A stretch of DNA of 56,024 bases from Gallionellales bacterium GWA2_55_18 (GCA_001801055.1 MGWP01000012.1:1-56024); one strand, 5' to 3'. Shown: positions 1 through 11,578, numbered from the stretch's first letter. The notes: generated by a model from the sequence alone, not told the origin. Numbers and translations are program-made.

Positions 1-1
1 G

Positions 2-1210
2 ATGGAATATCAGGCGCTGCAATCCGGCGCAAATGAATTCAGCCAGCCGGTGGTGCGCCTGATCGACGCGCTGCTCACCGAGGCGGTGCAGCATGGCGCG
101 TCGGACATCCATTTCGAACCGGAAAGCAGTTTTTTGCGCATCCGCTACCGCATCGACGGGGTGCTGCGTCAGGTGCGCAGCCTGCACAAGAGTTTCTGGC
201 CGTCGATGGTGGTGCGCCTGAAAGTGATGGGCAACATGAACATCGCCGAAACGCGTGCGCCGCAGGATGGGCGTGTTTCCCTGCGCCTGTCCGGACGACC
301 GATCGATTTTCGCGTGGCTTCGCATCCCACCACGCATGGCGAAAACCTGGTGTTGCGCATCCTCGACCGGCAGAAAGGCATCGTGCCGCTCGACCAGCTC
401 GGCTTGGACGATGCGCTGCTTGGCCTGCTCAAGACAGTCATCGCCAAACCGGAGGGCATCGTGCTGGTCACCGGCCCGACCGGCAGCGGCAAAACCACCA
501 CGCTGTATTCGGTGCTGAGTCACGCCAACACCGAGTCGGTCAACATCATGACGCTGGAAGACCCGGTGGAATATCCGATGGCGATGATCCGCCAGACCTC
601 GGTCAACGAGGCGGCCAAGCTGGATTTCGTCAACGGCATCCGCTCGATGATGCGCCAGGACCCGGACATTATTCTGGTCGGCGAAATCCGCGACCACCCG
701 ACCGCCGAAATGGCGTTCCGCGCCGCGATGACCGGCCATCAGGTGTATGCGACGCTGCACACCAATTCGGCCATCGGCGCGATCCCGCGCCTGCTCGACA
801 TCGGCATCCTGCCGGACATCCTGTCCGGGAACATCATCGGTATCGTGGCGCAACGGCTGGTGCGGATATTGTGTAAAGAGTGCAAATCACCTTATTCGCC
901 GGATGCGCAAGAACGCAAACTATTGGGTATCGCCGCCAACTGTGATCTCACGCTGTATCGTTCTACCGGCTGCGACGCCTGCCATCACCAGGGTTTCAAG
1001 GGGCGGCTTGCCATCATGGAATTGCTCGACATGAATCGCGATCTGGACGATCTGGTCGCGCAGCGTGCCAGCACCCGTCAAATCCGCGAGGCCGCGCTTG
1101 CTAGCGGGTTCCGCACACTGGCGGCAGATGGTGTGCGGCGCATCTTGCAGGGCGTCACGTCCGTGGCGGAAGTCGGCCGCGTGGTGAATCTAAATGATCG
1201 GATCGACTGA
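2..1210 (+). CDS. GspE/PilB family secretion ATPase, 5' end outside the window
   Basis: Walker A GPTGSGKTT, TLEDPVE, RQDPDIILVGEIRD, TGHQVYATLHTN and the CxxC...CxxC zinc motif. Confidence 0.93.
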   Translation: MEYQALQSGANEFSQPVVRLIDALLTEAVQHGASDIHFEPESSFLRIRYRIDGVLRQVRSLHKSFWPSMVVRLKVMGNMNIAETRAPQDGRVSLRLSGRPIDFRVASHPTTHGENLVLRILDRQKGIVPLDQLGLDDALLGLLKTVIAKPEGIVLVTGPTGSGKTTTLYSVLSHANTESVNIMTLEDPVEYPMAMIRQTSVNEAAKLDFVNGIRSMMRQDPDIILVGEIRDHPTAEMAFRAAMTGHQVYATLHTNSAIGAIPRLLDIGILPDILSGNIIGIVAQRLVRILCKECKSPYSPDAQERKLLGIAANCDLTLYRSTGCDACHHQGFKGRLAIMELLDMNRDLDDLVAQRASTRQIREAALASGFRTLAADGVRRILQGVTSVAEVGRVVNLNDRID

Positions 1211-1239
1211 TGAGCCTGGAAACAGCAGTTGGCGGGTTC

Positions 1240-1297
1240 GTAGGTGCGAATTTATTCGCACTAACAATGAGCTATGTGCGAATGAATTCGCACCTAC
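1240..1297. repeat. GTAG-type REP doublet (REPIN)
   Basis: GTAGGTGCGAATTTATTCGCAC (1240-1261) and its inverted copy GTGCGAATGAATTCGCACCTAC (1276-1297), in the intergenic space. Confidence 0.85.
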
Positions 1298-1316
1298 AAA
1301 TGCAGCCTATTTTTAT

Positions 1317-2519
1317 ATGACGCTCTATTCTTACTGTGCCATCGACGCGCAAGGCAAGCGCCATAAAGGGTTGCATGATGCGGGCAATCTGGTGGATCTG
1401 GAGTTGCGCCTGAAACGCGGCGGACTGGATTTGATCGATGCGAAACCGGATGGCGGCAAAACTCGGCTATTGCGCAACACGATCAAGCGTGCCGAACTGA
1501 TCACTTTTTTCTTCAATCTCGAACAGCTTGCCAGCGCCGGTGTGCCTTTGCTGGAAAGCCTCGGGGATTTGCGCGACACCATGCACGATCCGCATTTCCG
1601 CAAGATCATCGCGAGCCTGATCGAATCCATCGAAGGCGGAAAAAAACTTTCCCAGTCAATGGCGCAACATCCCGGCGCGTTCGGCAAGATTCTGATCAGC
1701 CTGACCCATGCCGGTGAAGAGAGCGGCCGCCTGCCCGAAGTGTTCGCACATATCACCGCATCGTTGAAATGGCAGGATGAGATGGCGTCGCACACCAGAA
1801 ACATCATGCTCTATCCGGCCTTCGTCGGCAGCGTCGTGCTGGCGATCACGGTGTTCCTGATGATCTATCTGGTGCCGCAACTGGTGGGTTTCATCAGGGG
1901 CATGGGGCAGGAAATCCCGGCGCAGACGCGCGCCCTGCTTGCAGTTTCGGCATTCTTTGTCGGCTATTGGTATGTGCTGGTGGCACTGCCTGTCGTACTG
2001 TTCATTGCCGCAAAACTGCTGATCGCTTCCAGCCCGGAGATGCGCTACAAATTCGACCGGCTCAAGCTCGGATTGTGGTTCACCGGCCCGATCCTGCGCA
2101 AGATTATCCTGGCGCGTTTCGCCAACACCTTCGCGATGATGTACGGTTCCGGTATCAGCATCATCGAGTGCATCGCCAATTTGCGCGATGTGGTCAACAA
2201 CTGCGCCGTCGCCAAAAGCCTGGACGACATCAGGCATGAAATCGAATCCGGCCGGAATCTCACCCAGAGCTTCCAGAACACCGGCATGTTCCCGCCGCTG
2301 GTGATACGCATGCTCAAAGTCGGCGAGGCTACCGGCTCGCTGGACAAGGCGCTGCTCAACGTCGGCTATTTTTACGACCGCGAAGTGAAGGATTCCATCA
2401 AAAAAGTGCAGGTCATGATCGAGCCTGCCATGACCATTATTTTGGGTGCGTTGCTCGGTTGGGTGATGCTGTCGGTGCTGTCGCCGATCTACGACATTAT
2501 CGGCAAGGTGAAATTCTGA
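1317..2519 (+). CDS. GspF/PilC family inner-membrane platform protein
   Basis: AGVPLLESL, AGEESGRL, YPAFV, VGEATGSL and EPAM repeats; start moved to ATG 1317 because the upstream ORF extension is REP sequence. Confidence 0.92.
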   Translation: MTLYSYCAIDAQGKRHKGLHDAGNLVDLELRLKRGGLDLIDAKPDGGKTRLLRNTIKRAELITFFFNLEQLASAGVPLLESLGDLRDTMHDPHFRKIIASLIESIEGGKKLSQSMAQHPGAFGKILISLTHAGEESGRLPEVFAHITASLKWQDEMASHTRNIMLYPAFVGSVVLAITVFLMIYLVPQLVGFIRGMGQEIPAQTRALLAVSAFFVGYWYVLVALPVVLFIAAKLLIASSPEMRYKFDRLKLGLWFTGPILRKIILARFANTFAMMYGSGISIIECIANLRDVVNNCAVAKSLDDIRHEIESGRNLTQSFQNTGMFPPLVIRMLKVGEATGSLDKALLNVGYFYDREVKDSIKKVQVMIEPAMTIILGALLGWVMLSVLSPIYDIIGKVKF

Positions 2520-4042
2520 TGAAGCGCCGCCTGCTGCTGTTTTTGAGCGCCAACCGGCTGCATGCGCAACTGATGGCAGGCGGAAAAATAATCGGGCAAC
2601 AGGAATTCGACAGCTCGCAGGAGGGGCGTGAAGGCTTCGCGGCCTTCCTGCAACCGGTGAAATGCCCGGCCTATTTGCTGGCCGATTTAATCGAGGAAGA
2701 TTTTCGCCCGGAAATCATTCCGCACCTGCGAGGGCGCAGCCGCAACGCGCTCCTGCAGCGCAAATTCGACCAACATTACCGGGGCACACCGTTCCATCAG
2801 GCCACCCTGCTGCGACGGCAAAAAACCGGACGGCGCGACGATGAGATGCTGTTATCCGCATTAACTAACCCCGCGCTCATCACACCTTGGCTGGACATCC
2901 TGCGGGTGCAGGAAATCCCGCTTGCGGGAATTTATTCCGTGCCGCAGGCCAGCGCGCCCCTGATCAAAAATCATGCTTCCGATCATCTGCTGCTTGTTTC
3001 ATGGGAGAAGTCCGCCGGGCTGCGTCAAAGCTATTTCATCGAACGCCGCTTGCAGATTTCACGGTTGACGCCGGTGCATGCTGTTTCCTCGTTCCAGGAT
3101 GCCGTGGCAAAAGAGCTCAGCCGCACTTGCCAGTATTTGAAAAGCCTGAGCCTGCTGCCGGAGGGGCAAAGCCTCGACGTGTGCATCATAGGCCATAGCG
3201 GCGACCTTGCCGGGCTGCAAGAGAAACTGCCTCAGACCACCGACTTGCGCTACGAATTCGTCGGGCTTGATGAAATCGCCGCGCAACTCAAGATCGCCTG
3301 CCGCTTCACTGACTCGGATGCCAGCCAGATTTTCCTGCATGAGTTAGCCGCCAAACCACCCAAAAACCACTATGCGAACGCCGCCCATACGCACCACTTT
3401 ACCCTGTGGCAACTGCGCCACGCGCTCGGCTGGATTAGCGCAGCCGGTCTGGCGGGTAGCCTGTTGTGGGGTGCGGCAAACGTCATGCTCAACAACGGCA
3501 ATGCAACGGCTACCGAGTCTCTTGGAATCCAGACACAACACGCCTTGAACGAAACGCGGCAAATCACACAGGGTTTTGCTGACGCTCTACCCGGCACCCA
3601 CGCTTCCGCTACGGAGATGAAAGCGGGTGTTTCGATCATGCGCAAATTCGCTCAATCTTCACCCGGCCCGCGAGCCATCCTGCAACCGATCAGCGCCGTG
3701 CTCGACCGGTTTCCGCAAATCGAACTGGATAATTTCGGCTGGCGGACAAATGCAACCGGATTAGCTAGTAGCGATTCCGCCTCGGCTACCGGACCGCCAG
3801 ACACAAGTACCGGAACAACCATTACCCTGAAGGCCAATCTGCATGGCTTCGCCAGCGATTACCGCGCCGCATTGGCTTATCTGGATAGTTTTCAGCACGA
3901 GTTAAGCACAGCCGGTTATCAGGTCAGCATCACGACCCAGCCACTGGATGTCGGCTCCGGCGGCAGCATTGCAGACCAGCGCGAGACACCTGAAAAGGCG
4001 CTGGATTTTTCCCTGCAACTTATCCGGAGAACACCGGCATGA
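2519..4042 (+). CDS. PilM/PilN-like (GspL-like) assembly protein, putative
   Basis: Operon position, ATG overlapping the upstream stop, one central TM segment, cytoplasmic N-domain. Confidence 0.55.
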   Translation: MKRRLLLFLSANRLHAQLMAGGKIIGQQEFDSSQEGREGFAAFLQPVKCPAYLLADLIEEDFRPEIIPHLRGRSRNALLQRKFDQHYRGTPFHQATLLRRQKTGRRDDEMLLSALTNPALITPWLDILRVQEIPLAGIYSVPQASAPLIKNHASDHLLLVSWEKSAGLRQSYFIERRLQISRLTPVHAVSSFQDAVAKELSRTCQYLKSLSLLPEGQSLDVCIIGHSGDLAGLQEKLPQTTDLRYEFVGLDEIAAQLKIACRFTDSDASQIFLHELAAKPPKNHYANAAHTHHFTLWQLRHALGWISAAGLAGSLLWGAANVMLNNGNATATESLGIQTQHALNETRQITQGFADALPGTHASATEMKAGVSIMRKFAQSSPGPRAILQPISAVLDRFPQIELDNFGWRTNATGLASSDSASATGPPDTSTGTTITLKANLHGFASDYRAALAYLDSFQHELSTAGYQVSITTQPLDVGSGGSIADQRETPEKALDFSLQLIRRTPA

Positions 4043-4638
4043 GATTCTCCAAGGCCGATTTTCTGCTGATGCGCCGGAGCATCCTGATGGCTTCCCTATC
4101 GGCACTGTTAAGCATTACTGTTTTATACGGCAGCAGCCGCTATGCGGAGCATGCGCAACAAGATCAATACAACGCACAACGCTTGCTGAATGAAGCGCAA
4201 AACCGGCTGGCGACGGCGCGCCAGGATCGGGAAAACATGACGGCCTATTCCGGCGAATACGGTGTATTGGAAGAAAATAAAATAATCGGCGACGAGCAGC
4301 GTCTGGACTGGATAGAAGGGTTGGAAAAACTCCGGCGGCAAAACCTGGTCACCGATTTTCACTACAACATCGCACCGCAAAGAAACCACACTGGTATCCC
4401 CGGTTTGGACAGCGGCAATTTTCATATCCGCTACAGCGAAATGAAGCTGCAATTCGACTTGTTGCATGAGGCGCAACTGCTGGATTTTTTCGGCGCACTG
4501 CGCAGCCAGATAAAAGGTCGTTACCAGCTTGAAGGCTGCGCCCTGCAACGCGGCGTTACCGATGAAAACAGCTTTCACCTCAAAGCCGAATGCTACGGCG
4601 GCTGGATAACGCTGAAGAACCGGAACGCGCCGCCATGA
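4039..4638 (+). CDS. PilO/GspM-like bitopic protein, putative
   Basis: N-terminal TM followed by coiled coil, LLHEAQLLDF segment, ATGA coupling. Confidence 0.5.
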   Translation: MRFSKADFLLMRRSILMASLSALLSITVLYGSSRYAEHAQQDQYNAQRLLNEAQNRLATARQDRENMTAYSGEYGVLEENKIIGDEQRLDWIEGLEKLRRQNLVTDFHYNIAPQRNHTGIPGLDSGNFHIRYSEMKLQFDLLHEAQLLDFFGALRSQIKGRYQLEGCALQRGVTDENSFHLKAECYGGWITLKNRNAPP

Positions 4639-5009
4639 ATACGACTCTCAAAATTTGTTTATATGCCTTCGGGTTAAACGTTTCGCTGCCTGTCAGTGCA
4701 GAAGAATTGGGGCGACTATTTTTCACCCCGGAACAACGCGCGCAACTGGAGCAGGGCAAATTGCAAAACACCGACTCCGGCGGCGACCGCCGCGCGCTGA
4801 CCGTCAATGGTATCGTGCAGAAACACGGCGGGGCGCGCACCGTGTGGATCAACGGCATACCACAGTCGGCCACCATGAACGATAGCCGCGCGCCGGAAAG
4901 TTTGTCCATCGCCGCACCGGGGCAAGCGCAACCGGTAAGAATCAAGGTCGGGCAAAAGCTGCTTATCAATCCGCCCGCCTCGGAACACCCGGTTTCTCCG
5001 AGGCAGTAG
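4635..5009 (+). CDS. Small exported pilus-assembly protein (LGRLFFTPEQR motif)
   Basis: Signal peptide ending VSA-EE, translationally coupled within the operon. Confidence 0.55.
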   Translation: MNTTLKICLYAFGLNVSLPVSAEELGRLFFTPEQRAQLEQGKLQNTDSGGDRRALTVNGIVQKHGGARTVWINGIPQSATMNDSRAPESLSIAAPGQAQPVRIKVGQKLLINPPASEHPVSPRQ

Positions 5010-5016
5010 CGCCGCC

Positions 5017-6444
5017 ATGCACCCGCCGCCGCATTGCATTGACGGAACAACACAACGCGGCGCCGCGCTGATCGTGATGCTGGTGATTATGGTGATCGGC
5101 TTCAGCGCATTGCTGGTCAACTCATTCAGCCTAGCCGACTTGAACAATCAGCGCCAGACAAAAACCGCCGCGTCGCTGGCGCAGGCGAAGGAGGCGTTGA
5201 TCGGCTATGCCGTCACCTATGGCGACACTCATTCCGGCAAGGTGCATGGCTACTTGCCCTGCCCCAACCTGTCGGGCGGAGCACTGGGCGCCACCGAAGG
5301 AAATGCCGCCGGGAGCTGTACCGGCAAGAACATCAGCCAGATCGGGCGGCTACCATGGAAAGAACTCAACCTGCCGCCCTTGCGTGACGGCACCGGCGAG
5401 TGCCTGTGGTATGCCGTTTCCGGCACTTACAAGAACAACACGCCGACCAGCCTGATGAACTGGGATACCAACGGGCAGTTGCAGGTATATGCGTCCGACG
5501 GCACCACCCTGCTGACACCGGCAGACAATCAGGCGGTAGCGGTCATCTTCGCGCCGGGAGCGGCACAAACCGGGCAGACTCGCACGCCCGATACCAGCAC
5601 GCCGATTTGCGGTGGAAATTACACCGCGAGCAACTATCTCGACAGCGACGGCACGATCAACAATGCCACGGTATCGGCAGTCGCCAATGCCACCGGCAAA
5701 TTCCGCTTCGGCACGGCAGCCGGGATCAACGACCAGATGCTGTTCATCACCCGGCAGGACATCTGGAACGCCATACAAAAGCGCAACGACTTCCTCGCCA
5801 CGCTCAACAACATGACGCAAAAAACCGCCGAGTGCCTCGCCTTTTTCGGCGCAACCAACGGCAAACCACTCGCCAACCCGGCCTCCAACAAAAGCCTGCC
5901 GTGGGCCGCACCGCTTTCTCTTGCCGACTATGGCGCAAACTCCAACTATGACGACCAGGCAGGCCTGTATGCCGGGCGGGTTCCCTACAAAGTGAACAAC
6001 TCTTATTCAACCACCGCAAGCACCATGCTCAACTCCAACCTGCTGGTCAATGCGACCAACTGCCCGAGCGGCTGGGCGGATGCCTACCCCTGGTGGGATA
6101 ACTGGAAAGACCACCTGTTTTATGCGCTGTCCGGCGAACACCGTCCGGTCAACATCGCGACCGCCCCGTGCGGCAACTGCGTGACCGTGAGCGGCAGCGC
6201 ACCCTATGCCGCAGTAGTCATGCTGGCCGGTAGCCGCCTGACCGCCCAAGTGCGCGCCAGCGACACGAGTGGCGCGGGCAGCACGCCGCGCGGCACTCTC
6301 AATAATTATCTGGAAGGCCGCAACGCTGGCAACTACCCGAACGGCAGCGGTAATGCCGACTACCAGAATCAAACAATCGATGGCGGCTTCAACGACATCC
6401 TGTATTGCATACGAACCGATCTGAGCGTAGCGCCATGCCCCTGA
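5017..6444 (+). CDS. PilX/GspK-like large minor (pseudo)pilin
   Basis: QRG|AALIVMLVIMVIG prepilin-like N-terminus without Glu5; AKEALIGYA...LPCP; Cys-rich. Confidence 0.7.
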   Translation: MHPPPHCIDGTTQRGAALIVMLVIMVIGFSALLVNSFSLADLNNQRQTKTAASLAQAKEALIGYAVTYGDTHSGKVHGYLPCPNLSGGALGATEGNAAGSCTGKNISQIGRLPWKELNLPPLRDGTGECLWYAVSGTYKNNTPTSLMNWDTNGQLQVYASDGTTLLTPADNQAVAVIFAPGAAQTGQTRTPDTSTPICGGNYTASNYLDSDGTINNATVSAVANATGKFRFGTAAGINDQMLFITRQDIWNAIQKRNDFLATLNNMTQKTAECLAFFGATNGKPLANPASNKSLPWAAPLSLADYGANSNYDDQAGLYAGRVPYKVNNSYSTTASTMLNSNLLVNATNCPSGWADAYPWWDNWKDHLFYALSGEHRPVNIATAPCGNCVTVSGSAPYAAVVMLAGSRLTAQVRASDTSGAGSTPRGTLNNYLEGRNAGNYPNGSGNADYQNQTIDGGFNDILYCIRTDLSVAPCP

Positions 6445-7082
6445 AAGAATATCGTCGCAACCCGGCACAACAACATGGCTTCACGCTGCTCGAAATGGCC
6501 GTCGTGCTGGTCATCGTGGGTTTGCTGCTGGGCGGGTTGCTGCCCGTCATATCCGGGCAGATGGATCAGCAGCGCAGGAACGAAACGCGCAAATACATGG
6601 ATGAAGTGCGCGACGCGCTGTTGGGGTATGCCATCTCGACCGCAAACAAACGCTTGCCTTGCCCGGACTCCAACGGCGACGGCACAGCGGAAGCGGCATG
6701 CGCCGCACAGCAAGTCGGCACGCTGCCCTACAAGGATCTGGGCGTGGCGGAAAAAGACGCTTACGGCAGCGTGCTGGTGTATGCCGTCACTAAGGAATTT
6801 GCCGACGGCACAACGCACTTCACCTTGAACACAGCGGGAGCGATGCGCATCTGCACGACGGCAGCCTGCACCGCAAACCTCACCTCCACCACCGCAGCGG
6901 TGATCGTCTCGCGCGGCGCAAATTGGGCAAACACGCCCTCAGCCGACGAAGCGGAAAATACCGATGGCGATACCGATTTTGTCAGCCATGATTTCGTACA
7001 GAATGGTTACGACGATATGGTGATCTGGATTTCGCCCAACATCCTGTTCAACCGCATGGTTGCAGCGGGGCAGTTGCCCTAG
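6435..7082 (+). CDS. Prepilin-type N-terminal cleavage/methylation domain protein
   Basis: HG|[19 protein letters not shown] class III signal. Confidence 0.88.
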   Translation: MPLKEYRRNPAQQHGFTLLEMAVVLVIVGLLLGGLLPVISGQMDQQRRNETRKYMDEVRDALLGYAISTANKRLPCPDSNGDGTAEAACAAQQVGTLPYKDLGVAEKDAYGSVLVYAVTKEFADGTTHFTLNTAGAMRICTTAACTANLTSTTAAVIVSRGANWANTPSADEAENTDGDTDFVSHDFVQNGYDDMVIWISPNILFNRMVAAGQLP

Positions 7083-8485
7083 ATACGCCGCCAGGTTGTG
7101 CCGTTCGCACTATCTTCCAGCACGATACCGGTCTCCAGCAACTCCTTGCGGATACGGTCGGCTTCGGCGAAGTTCTTCGCCTTTTTCGCGGCGATGCGCG
7201 CCTCGATCTGTGCATTGATTGCGGCATCGTCAAGCCCGCCTTTGGCTGAGCCGCCTTGCAAAAATGCCTGCGGGTCGCGTTGCAGCAAACCAAGCATTTC
7301 CGCCAAAGTCTTGAGCTGCGCAGCCGCTTCAGCGGATTGAGTACGGTTCACTTCATTGGCCAAGTCGAACAGTACCGCCATCGCTTCCGGCGTGTTGAAG
7401 TCATCGTCCATCGCAGCTTTGAAGCTCTGGGCGTGGGGTGCATTCCAATCAACTGCAACCCCCCCAGCCCCCCTTGTCAGGGGGGGGCCGGGAGGGGTTA
7501 TGCTTTTCAGCGCCGTATAAAGTCGCGTCAGCGCGCCTTTCGCATCGTCCAGATGCATGTCGGAATAATTCAGCGGGCTGCGGTAATGCGCGCGCAGGAT
7601 GAAGAAGCGCACCACTTCGGCGTCGTATTTCTTCAGCACCTCGCGGATGGTGAAGAAATTGCCGAGCGACTTGGACATTTTTTCCTCGTCCACGCGCACG
7701 AAGCCGTTGTGCATCCAGTAATTCACAAATTTGCACTGGTGCGCGCCCTCACTTTGCGCGATCTCGTTCTCGTGATGCGGAAACTGCAAGTCCGCGCCGC
7801 CGCCGTGGATATCGAAATGCCTGCCCAGGATTTCCGTGCCCATCGCCGAGCATTCGATATGCCAGCCGGGTCGCCCTTTGCCCCATTTGGAATCCCACTT
7901 CACTTCGTCTGCTTCGCTTTCTTTCGCACTCTTCCACAACACGAAGTCGAGCGGATCGTTCTTGCCCTCCACAACATCCACGCGCTCGCCTGCGCGCAAG
8001 TCTTCCAGCGATTTGCCGGACAGTTTTCCATAGCCGTCAAACTTGCGTACCGCATAATTCACGTCGCCATCTGCTGCCCGATAGGCCAGCCCGTTGCTTT
8101 CCAGCCTGGCGATCATGTCCAGCATTTCCGGCACGAATTGCGTGGCGCGCGGCTCATGATCCGGGCGCTGCACGCCCAGCGCATCGGCATCCATATGCAT
8201 CGCGTCGATAAAGCGTTGCGTCAGCGCATGGATGGATTCGTTGTTCTCCGCCGCGCGCCTGATGATCTTGTCGTCGATGTCGGTGATGTTGCGCACATAG
8301 TTGACGTCGTAGCCGGAAGCTTTCAGCCAGCGGTACACCATGTCGAACACCACCATCACGCGCGCATGGCCGAGGTGGCAATAGTCGTACACCGTCATAC
8401 CGCACACGTACATGCCGACCGTGCCCGGCACAATCGGCGTGAACTCTTGTTTGTCACGGGTGAGCGTGTTATAGATTTTTAGCAT
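7079..8485 (-). CDS. cysS: Cysteinyl-tRNA synthetase with an in-frame repeat insert
   Basis: [50 protein letters not shown]. Confidence 0.98.
   Translation of the reverse strand: MLKIYNTLTRDKQEFTPIVPGTVGMYVCGMTVYDYCHLGHARVMVVFDMVYRWLKASGYDVNYVRNITDIDDKIIRRAAENNESIHALTQRFIDAMHMDADALGVQRPDHEPRATQFVPEMLDMIARLESNGLAYRAADGDVNYAVRKFDGYGKLSGKSLEDLRAGERVDVVEGKNDPLDFVLWKSAKESEADEVKWDSKWGKGRPGWHIECSAMGTEILGRHFDIHGGGADLQFPHHENEIAQSEGAHQCKFVNYWMHNGFVRVDEEKMSKSLGNFFTIREVLKKYDAEVVRFFILRAHYRSPLNYSDMHLDDAKGALTRLYTALKSITPPGPPLTRGAGGVAVDWNAPHAQSFKAAMDDDFNTPEAMAVLFDLANEVNRTQSAEAAAQLKTLAEMLGLLQRDPQAFLQGGSAKGGLDDAAINAQIEARIAAKKAKNFAEADRIRKELLETGIVLEDSANGTTWRRI
7457..7500. repeat. CCCC/GGGG palindromic repeat inside cysS
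   Basis: AACCCCCCCAGCCCCCCTTGTCAGGGGGGGGCCGGGAGGGGTTA, same family as 18125-18257; encodes [14 protein letters not shown]. Confidence 0.8.
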
Positions 8486-8495
8486 TTGGAAACCT

Positions 8496-8563
8496 TTTTT
8501 GTCCGCAGATTACACAGATTCACGCAGATTTAATCTGTTTAATCTGCGCAATCTGCGGACGAA
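8496..8563. repeat. Intergenic inverted repeat (CCGCAGATT...AATCTGCGG family)
   Basis: TCCGCAGATTACACAGATT...AATCTGCGCAATCTGCGGA; partial copies near 19234-19251 and 30170-30181. Confidence 0.7.
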
Positions 8564-8567
8564 GTTT

Positions 8568-10289
8568 TTACCCTTGTTCCTTCGCCCAAGAATCCTTGAG
8601 CGTCACGGTACGATTGAACACCAGCCTACCGCCCGGCTGATGCTCGCGGCGGTCGGTGCAGAAATAACCCAGACGCTCGAACTGGTAGCGTGTTTCCGGT
8701 GCTGCCTCGCGGACCGCGGCCTCGACCCAGCCCTGCACTACGGTCAGCGAAGCCGGGTTGAGATAGCTACAGAAATCCACCTCCCGATCCGCGTCCGGTT
8801 CAGGTATGGTGAACAGGCGGTCATACAGGCGAATCTCGGCGGGCAGCGCATGTTCGCACGACAGGAAATGGATCACGCCTTTTACCTTGCGCCCTTCCGG
8901 GTTCTTGCCCAGGGTATTGTGGTCGATGCTGCAACGCAACTCGATCACCTTGCCCACCGCATCCTTCACCGCTTCGTCGCAGCGTATCACGTAACTGTGG
9001 CGCAAACGCACCTCGCCGCCGATGGCGAGCCGCTTCCAACCGACTGGTGGCACTTCTGCAAAGTCGTCGGCCTCGATGAATAATTCCTTGCCGAACGGCA
9101 CGATGCGTTTTCCAAGCTCCGGCATGTTGGGATGGAAATCCGCTTCACGAGCCTGCGCGCCGTCAAAGTTGGTGATGGTGACTTTGAGCGGATTGATGAC
9201 TGCCATCACGCGCGGTGCGCGCAATTCGAGGTCTTCGCGGATCGCACCTTCCATGATCGCCATATCGACGCTGTTCTCGCTCTTGGATACGCCGATGCGT
9301 TTGGCGAATTCGCGAATGCCTTCCGGCGTGTAGCCGCGCCTTCTCATGCCGGAAATCGTCGGCATGCGCGGGTCGTCCCAGCCGCTCACATGCTTCTCGT
9401 TCACCAGTTGCAACAGCTTGCGTTTGCTGGTGATGGTGTAGTGCAGCTCCAGCCGTGAAAATTCATATTGGCGCGGATGGCAGGGGATGGTGATGTTGTC
9501 CAGCACCCAATCGTATAGCGGGCGGTGATCCTCGAATTCCAGCGTGCAGATGGAATGGGTGATACCCTCCAGCGCGTCGGAAATGCAGTGCGTGTAGTCG
9601 TACATCGGGTAGATGCACCACTTGTCGCCGGTGCGGATATGGTGCGCGCGGCGGATGCGGTAGATCGCCGGGTCGCGCAGGTTGATGTTGGGCGAGGCCA
9701 TATCGATTTTGGCGCGCAGCACCATCGCACCGTCGGCGAATTCGCCGTTTTTCATGCGCGCGAACAGGTCGAGGTTTTCCGCCACGCCACGATCACGATT
9801 CGGGCTATTTTTGCCCGCCTGCGTCAATGTGCCGCGATATTCGCGCATCTGTTCCGGCGTGAGATCGTCCACATACGCCAGGTTTTTTTTAATCAACTCC
9901 ACTGCAAAATCGTACAGCGCATCAAAATAATCCGACGCCCAGTGCACTTCGCCGCTCCACTGGAAACCCAGCCAGCGCACGTCGTCCTGGATGGATTGCG
10001 CATACTCCTCGCTCTCCTTCTCCGGGTTGGTATCGTCGAAACGCAGGTTGCATTTACCCTGGTAATCCTGCGCCAGCCCGAAGTTCAGGCAAATGGACTT
10101 GGCATGCCCGACGTGCAAATAACCGTTGGGTTCTGGCGGGAAGCGTGTAACAATGCTGCGGTGCTTGCCGCTCGCCAGATCGGCCTCGATGATGCTGCGG
10201 ATAAAATTGGAAACAACGGGTTGGGTCATGCCGCTCATGCTGGGCTTCTTGCTTTCAATTGGATTGATGATCTGTTGGTGGATCGACAA
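8568..10289 (-). CDS. glnS: Glutaminyl-tRNA synthetase (true start may be 10238 or 10229)
   Basis: [51 protein letters not shown]. Confidence 0.97.
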   Translation of the reverse strand: MSIHQQIINPIESKKPSMSGMTQPVVSNFIRSIIEADLASGKHRSIVTRFPPEPNGYLHVGHAKSICLNFGLAQDYQGKCNLRFDDTNPEKESEEYAQSIQDDVRWLGFQWSGEVHWASDYFDALYDFAVELIKKNLAYVDDLTPEQMREYRGTLTQAGKNSPNRDRGVAENLDLFARMKNGEFADGAMVLRAKIDMASPNINLRDPAIYRIRRAHHIRTGDKWCIYPMYDYTHCISDALEGITHSICTLEFEDHRPLYDWVLDNITIPCHPRQYEFSRLELHYTITSKRKLLQLVNEKHVSGWDDPRMPTISGMRRRGYTPEGIREFAKRIGVSKSENSVDMAIMEGAIREDLELRAPRVMAVINPLKVTITNFDGAQAREADFHPNMPELGKRIVPFGKELFIEADDFAEVPPVGWKRLAIGGEVRLRHSYVIRCDEAVKDAVGKVIELRCSIDHNTLGKNPEGRKVKGVIHFLSCEHALPAEIRLYDRLFTIPEPDADREVDFCSYLNPASLTVVQGWVEAAVREAAPETRYQFERLGYFCTDRREHQPGGRLVFNRTVTLKDSWAKEQG

Positions 10290-10493
10290 AATACACTGCG
10301 GATTTTACCTGAAAATACTGGTATCAGAGGATTGACGGTTGTGGAACGTAAATCGGGCTAAAGCCACTTCTCCATTTTTATCTCACCCCCCGATTTTACT
10401 TCTCCGCGCTTACAAAACTATGGAAATACACGGATTTTTTGGTAGAATCCGCCGCTAGCTGAAATTCGCGCATCCAAGGAACCGAACAACACG

Positions 10494-11576
10494 ATGAATA
10501 TGTTTAACCGTTTTTTTTACCGCCATGCCGCAATATTTGCCGGCGCATTGCTGTTATCTGCCAGCCCCGCTGTTTATGCCGATGATGTACAGGACGCCCA
10601 CAAGTTATTTAAAAAGGGGCAGCATAGCCAAGCGATGGATAAGGTAAATAGTGTTCTGTCTGCCAAGCCGAAAGACGCGCAAGCACGTTTTCTGAAGGGG
10701 TTGATCCTCACCGAGCAAGGCAAGCCCGCCGATGCCATCAAGACATTTTCGGCTTTGACCGAGGATTACCCCGAGCTGCCCGAACCGTATAACAACCTGG
10801 CTGTGTTGTATGCCAGCCAGGGGCAATATGACAAGGCCAAGCAGTCGCTGGAAATGGCGATACGCACCCATCCCAGTTATGCTACCGCGCACGAGAACCT
10901 CGGCGACATTTACGCAAAAATGGCCAGCCAGGCATATGACCGCGCGCTGCAACTGGATCGCAGCAACACCGCCACCAAGACCAAGCTGGCAATGATTCAG
11001 GATTTATTCTCGAACAGCACCCGCGTCAAATCTCCAGCATCGAACAAAGCTGCCCCTGATGCTGCCGCTGCCACGAGCAAACCGCAAACTGCTGCCGCAG
11101 CGCCTGTCCCGCCCGTTGTTGGCACGGTTCTCCCGGTATTGGCGGCAGCTCCTGTACCCGCAGTAGCTGCGCCCACAGCACCCGCACCAGCGGCCAAAGC
11201 AAATGCACCGGAAAAACCAGCCGAACCTGCCGCAGCCAATAACAGCGGTGAAGTATTGAAGGTTGTCAACGCGTGGGCTGCCGCATGGTCAGCCAAGGAT
11301 GTCAAAAAATATCTGTCATTCTATGCGCCCGATTTCAAGACGCCAGACGGCGAAAAACGTGCTGACTGGGAAGCTGCCCGCAAAGAGCGCATCAGCAAAC
11401 CAAAATCCATCCAGGTTGGCATCGGCAACGCGACGGTGAATTTCAATGGCAATCATGCCACCGTGAAATTCCGCCAGTCTTACCAGGCCAAGCACCTGAA
11501 ATCTTCAAGCAACAAAACATTGCTGATGGTGAAGTCCAACGGAAGCTGGTTGATCCTTGAAGAGCATTCCAGATAA
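10494..11576 (+). CDS. Exported TPR protein with an Ala/Pro linker and C-terminal NTF2/SnoaL-like domain
   Basis: Signal peptide, YPELPEPYNNLAVLY TPR, WAAAWSAKDVKKYLSFY. Confidence 0.85.
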   Translation: MNMFNRFFYRHAAIFAGALLLSASPAVYADDVQDAHKLFKKGQHSQAMDKVNSVLSAKPKDAQARFLKGLILTEQGKPADAIKTFSALTEDYPELPEPYNNLAVLYASQGQYDKAKQSLEMAIRTHPSYATAHENLGDIYAKMASQAYDRALQLDRSNTATKTKLAMIQDLFSNSTRVKSPASNKAAPDAAAATSKPQTAAAAPVPPVVGTVLPVLAAAPVPAVAAPTAPAPAAKANAPEKPAEPAAANNSGEVLKVVNAWAAAWSAKDVKKYLSFYAPDFKTPDGEKRADWEAARKERISKPKSIQVGIGNATVNFNGNHATVKFRQSYQAKHLKSSSNKTLLMVKSNGSWLILEEHSR

Positions 11577-11578
11577 TC

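Noticed and set aside
7256-8482. 408-aa + strand ORF and similar long antisense ORFs (20314-21339, 23866-25023, 44814-45710)
   Set aside because: They are shadows of cysS, ribB, glyA and hemC, expected from GC-rich codon bias, and show no motifs
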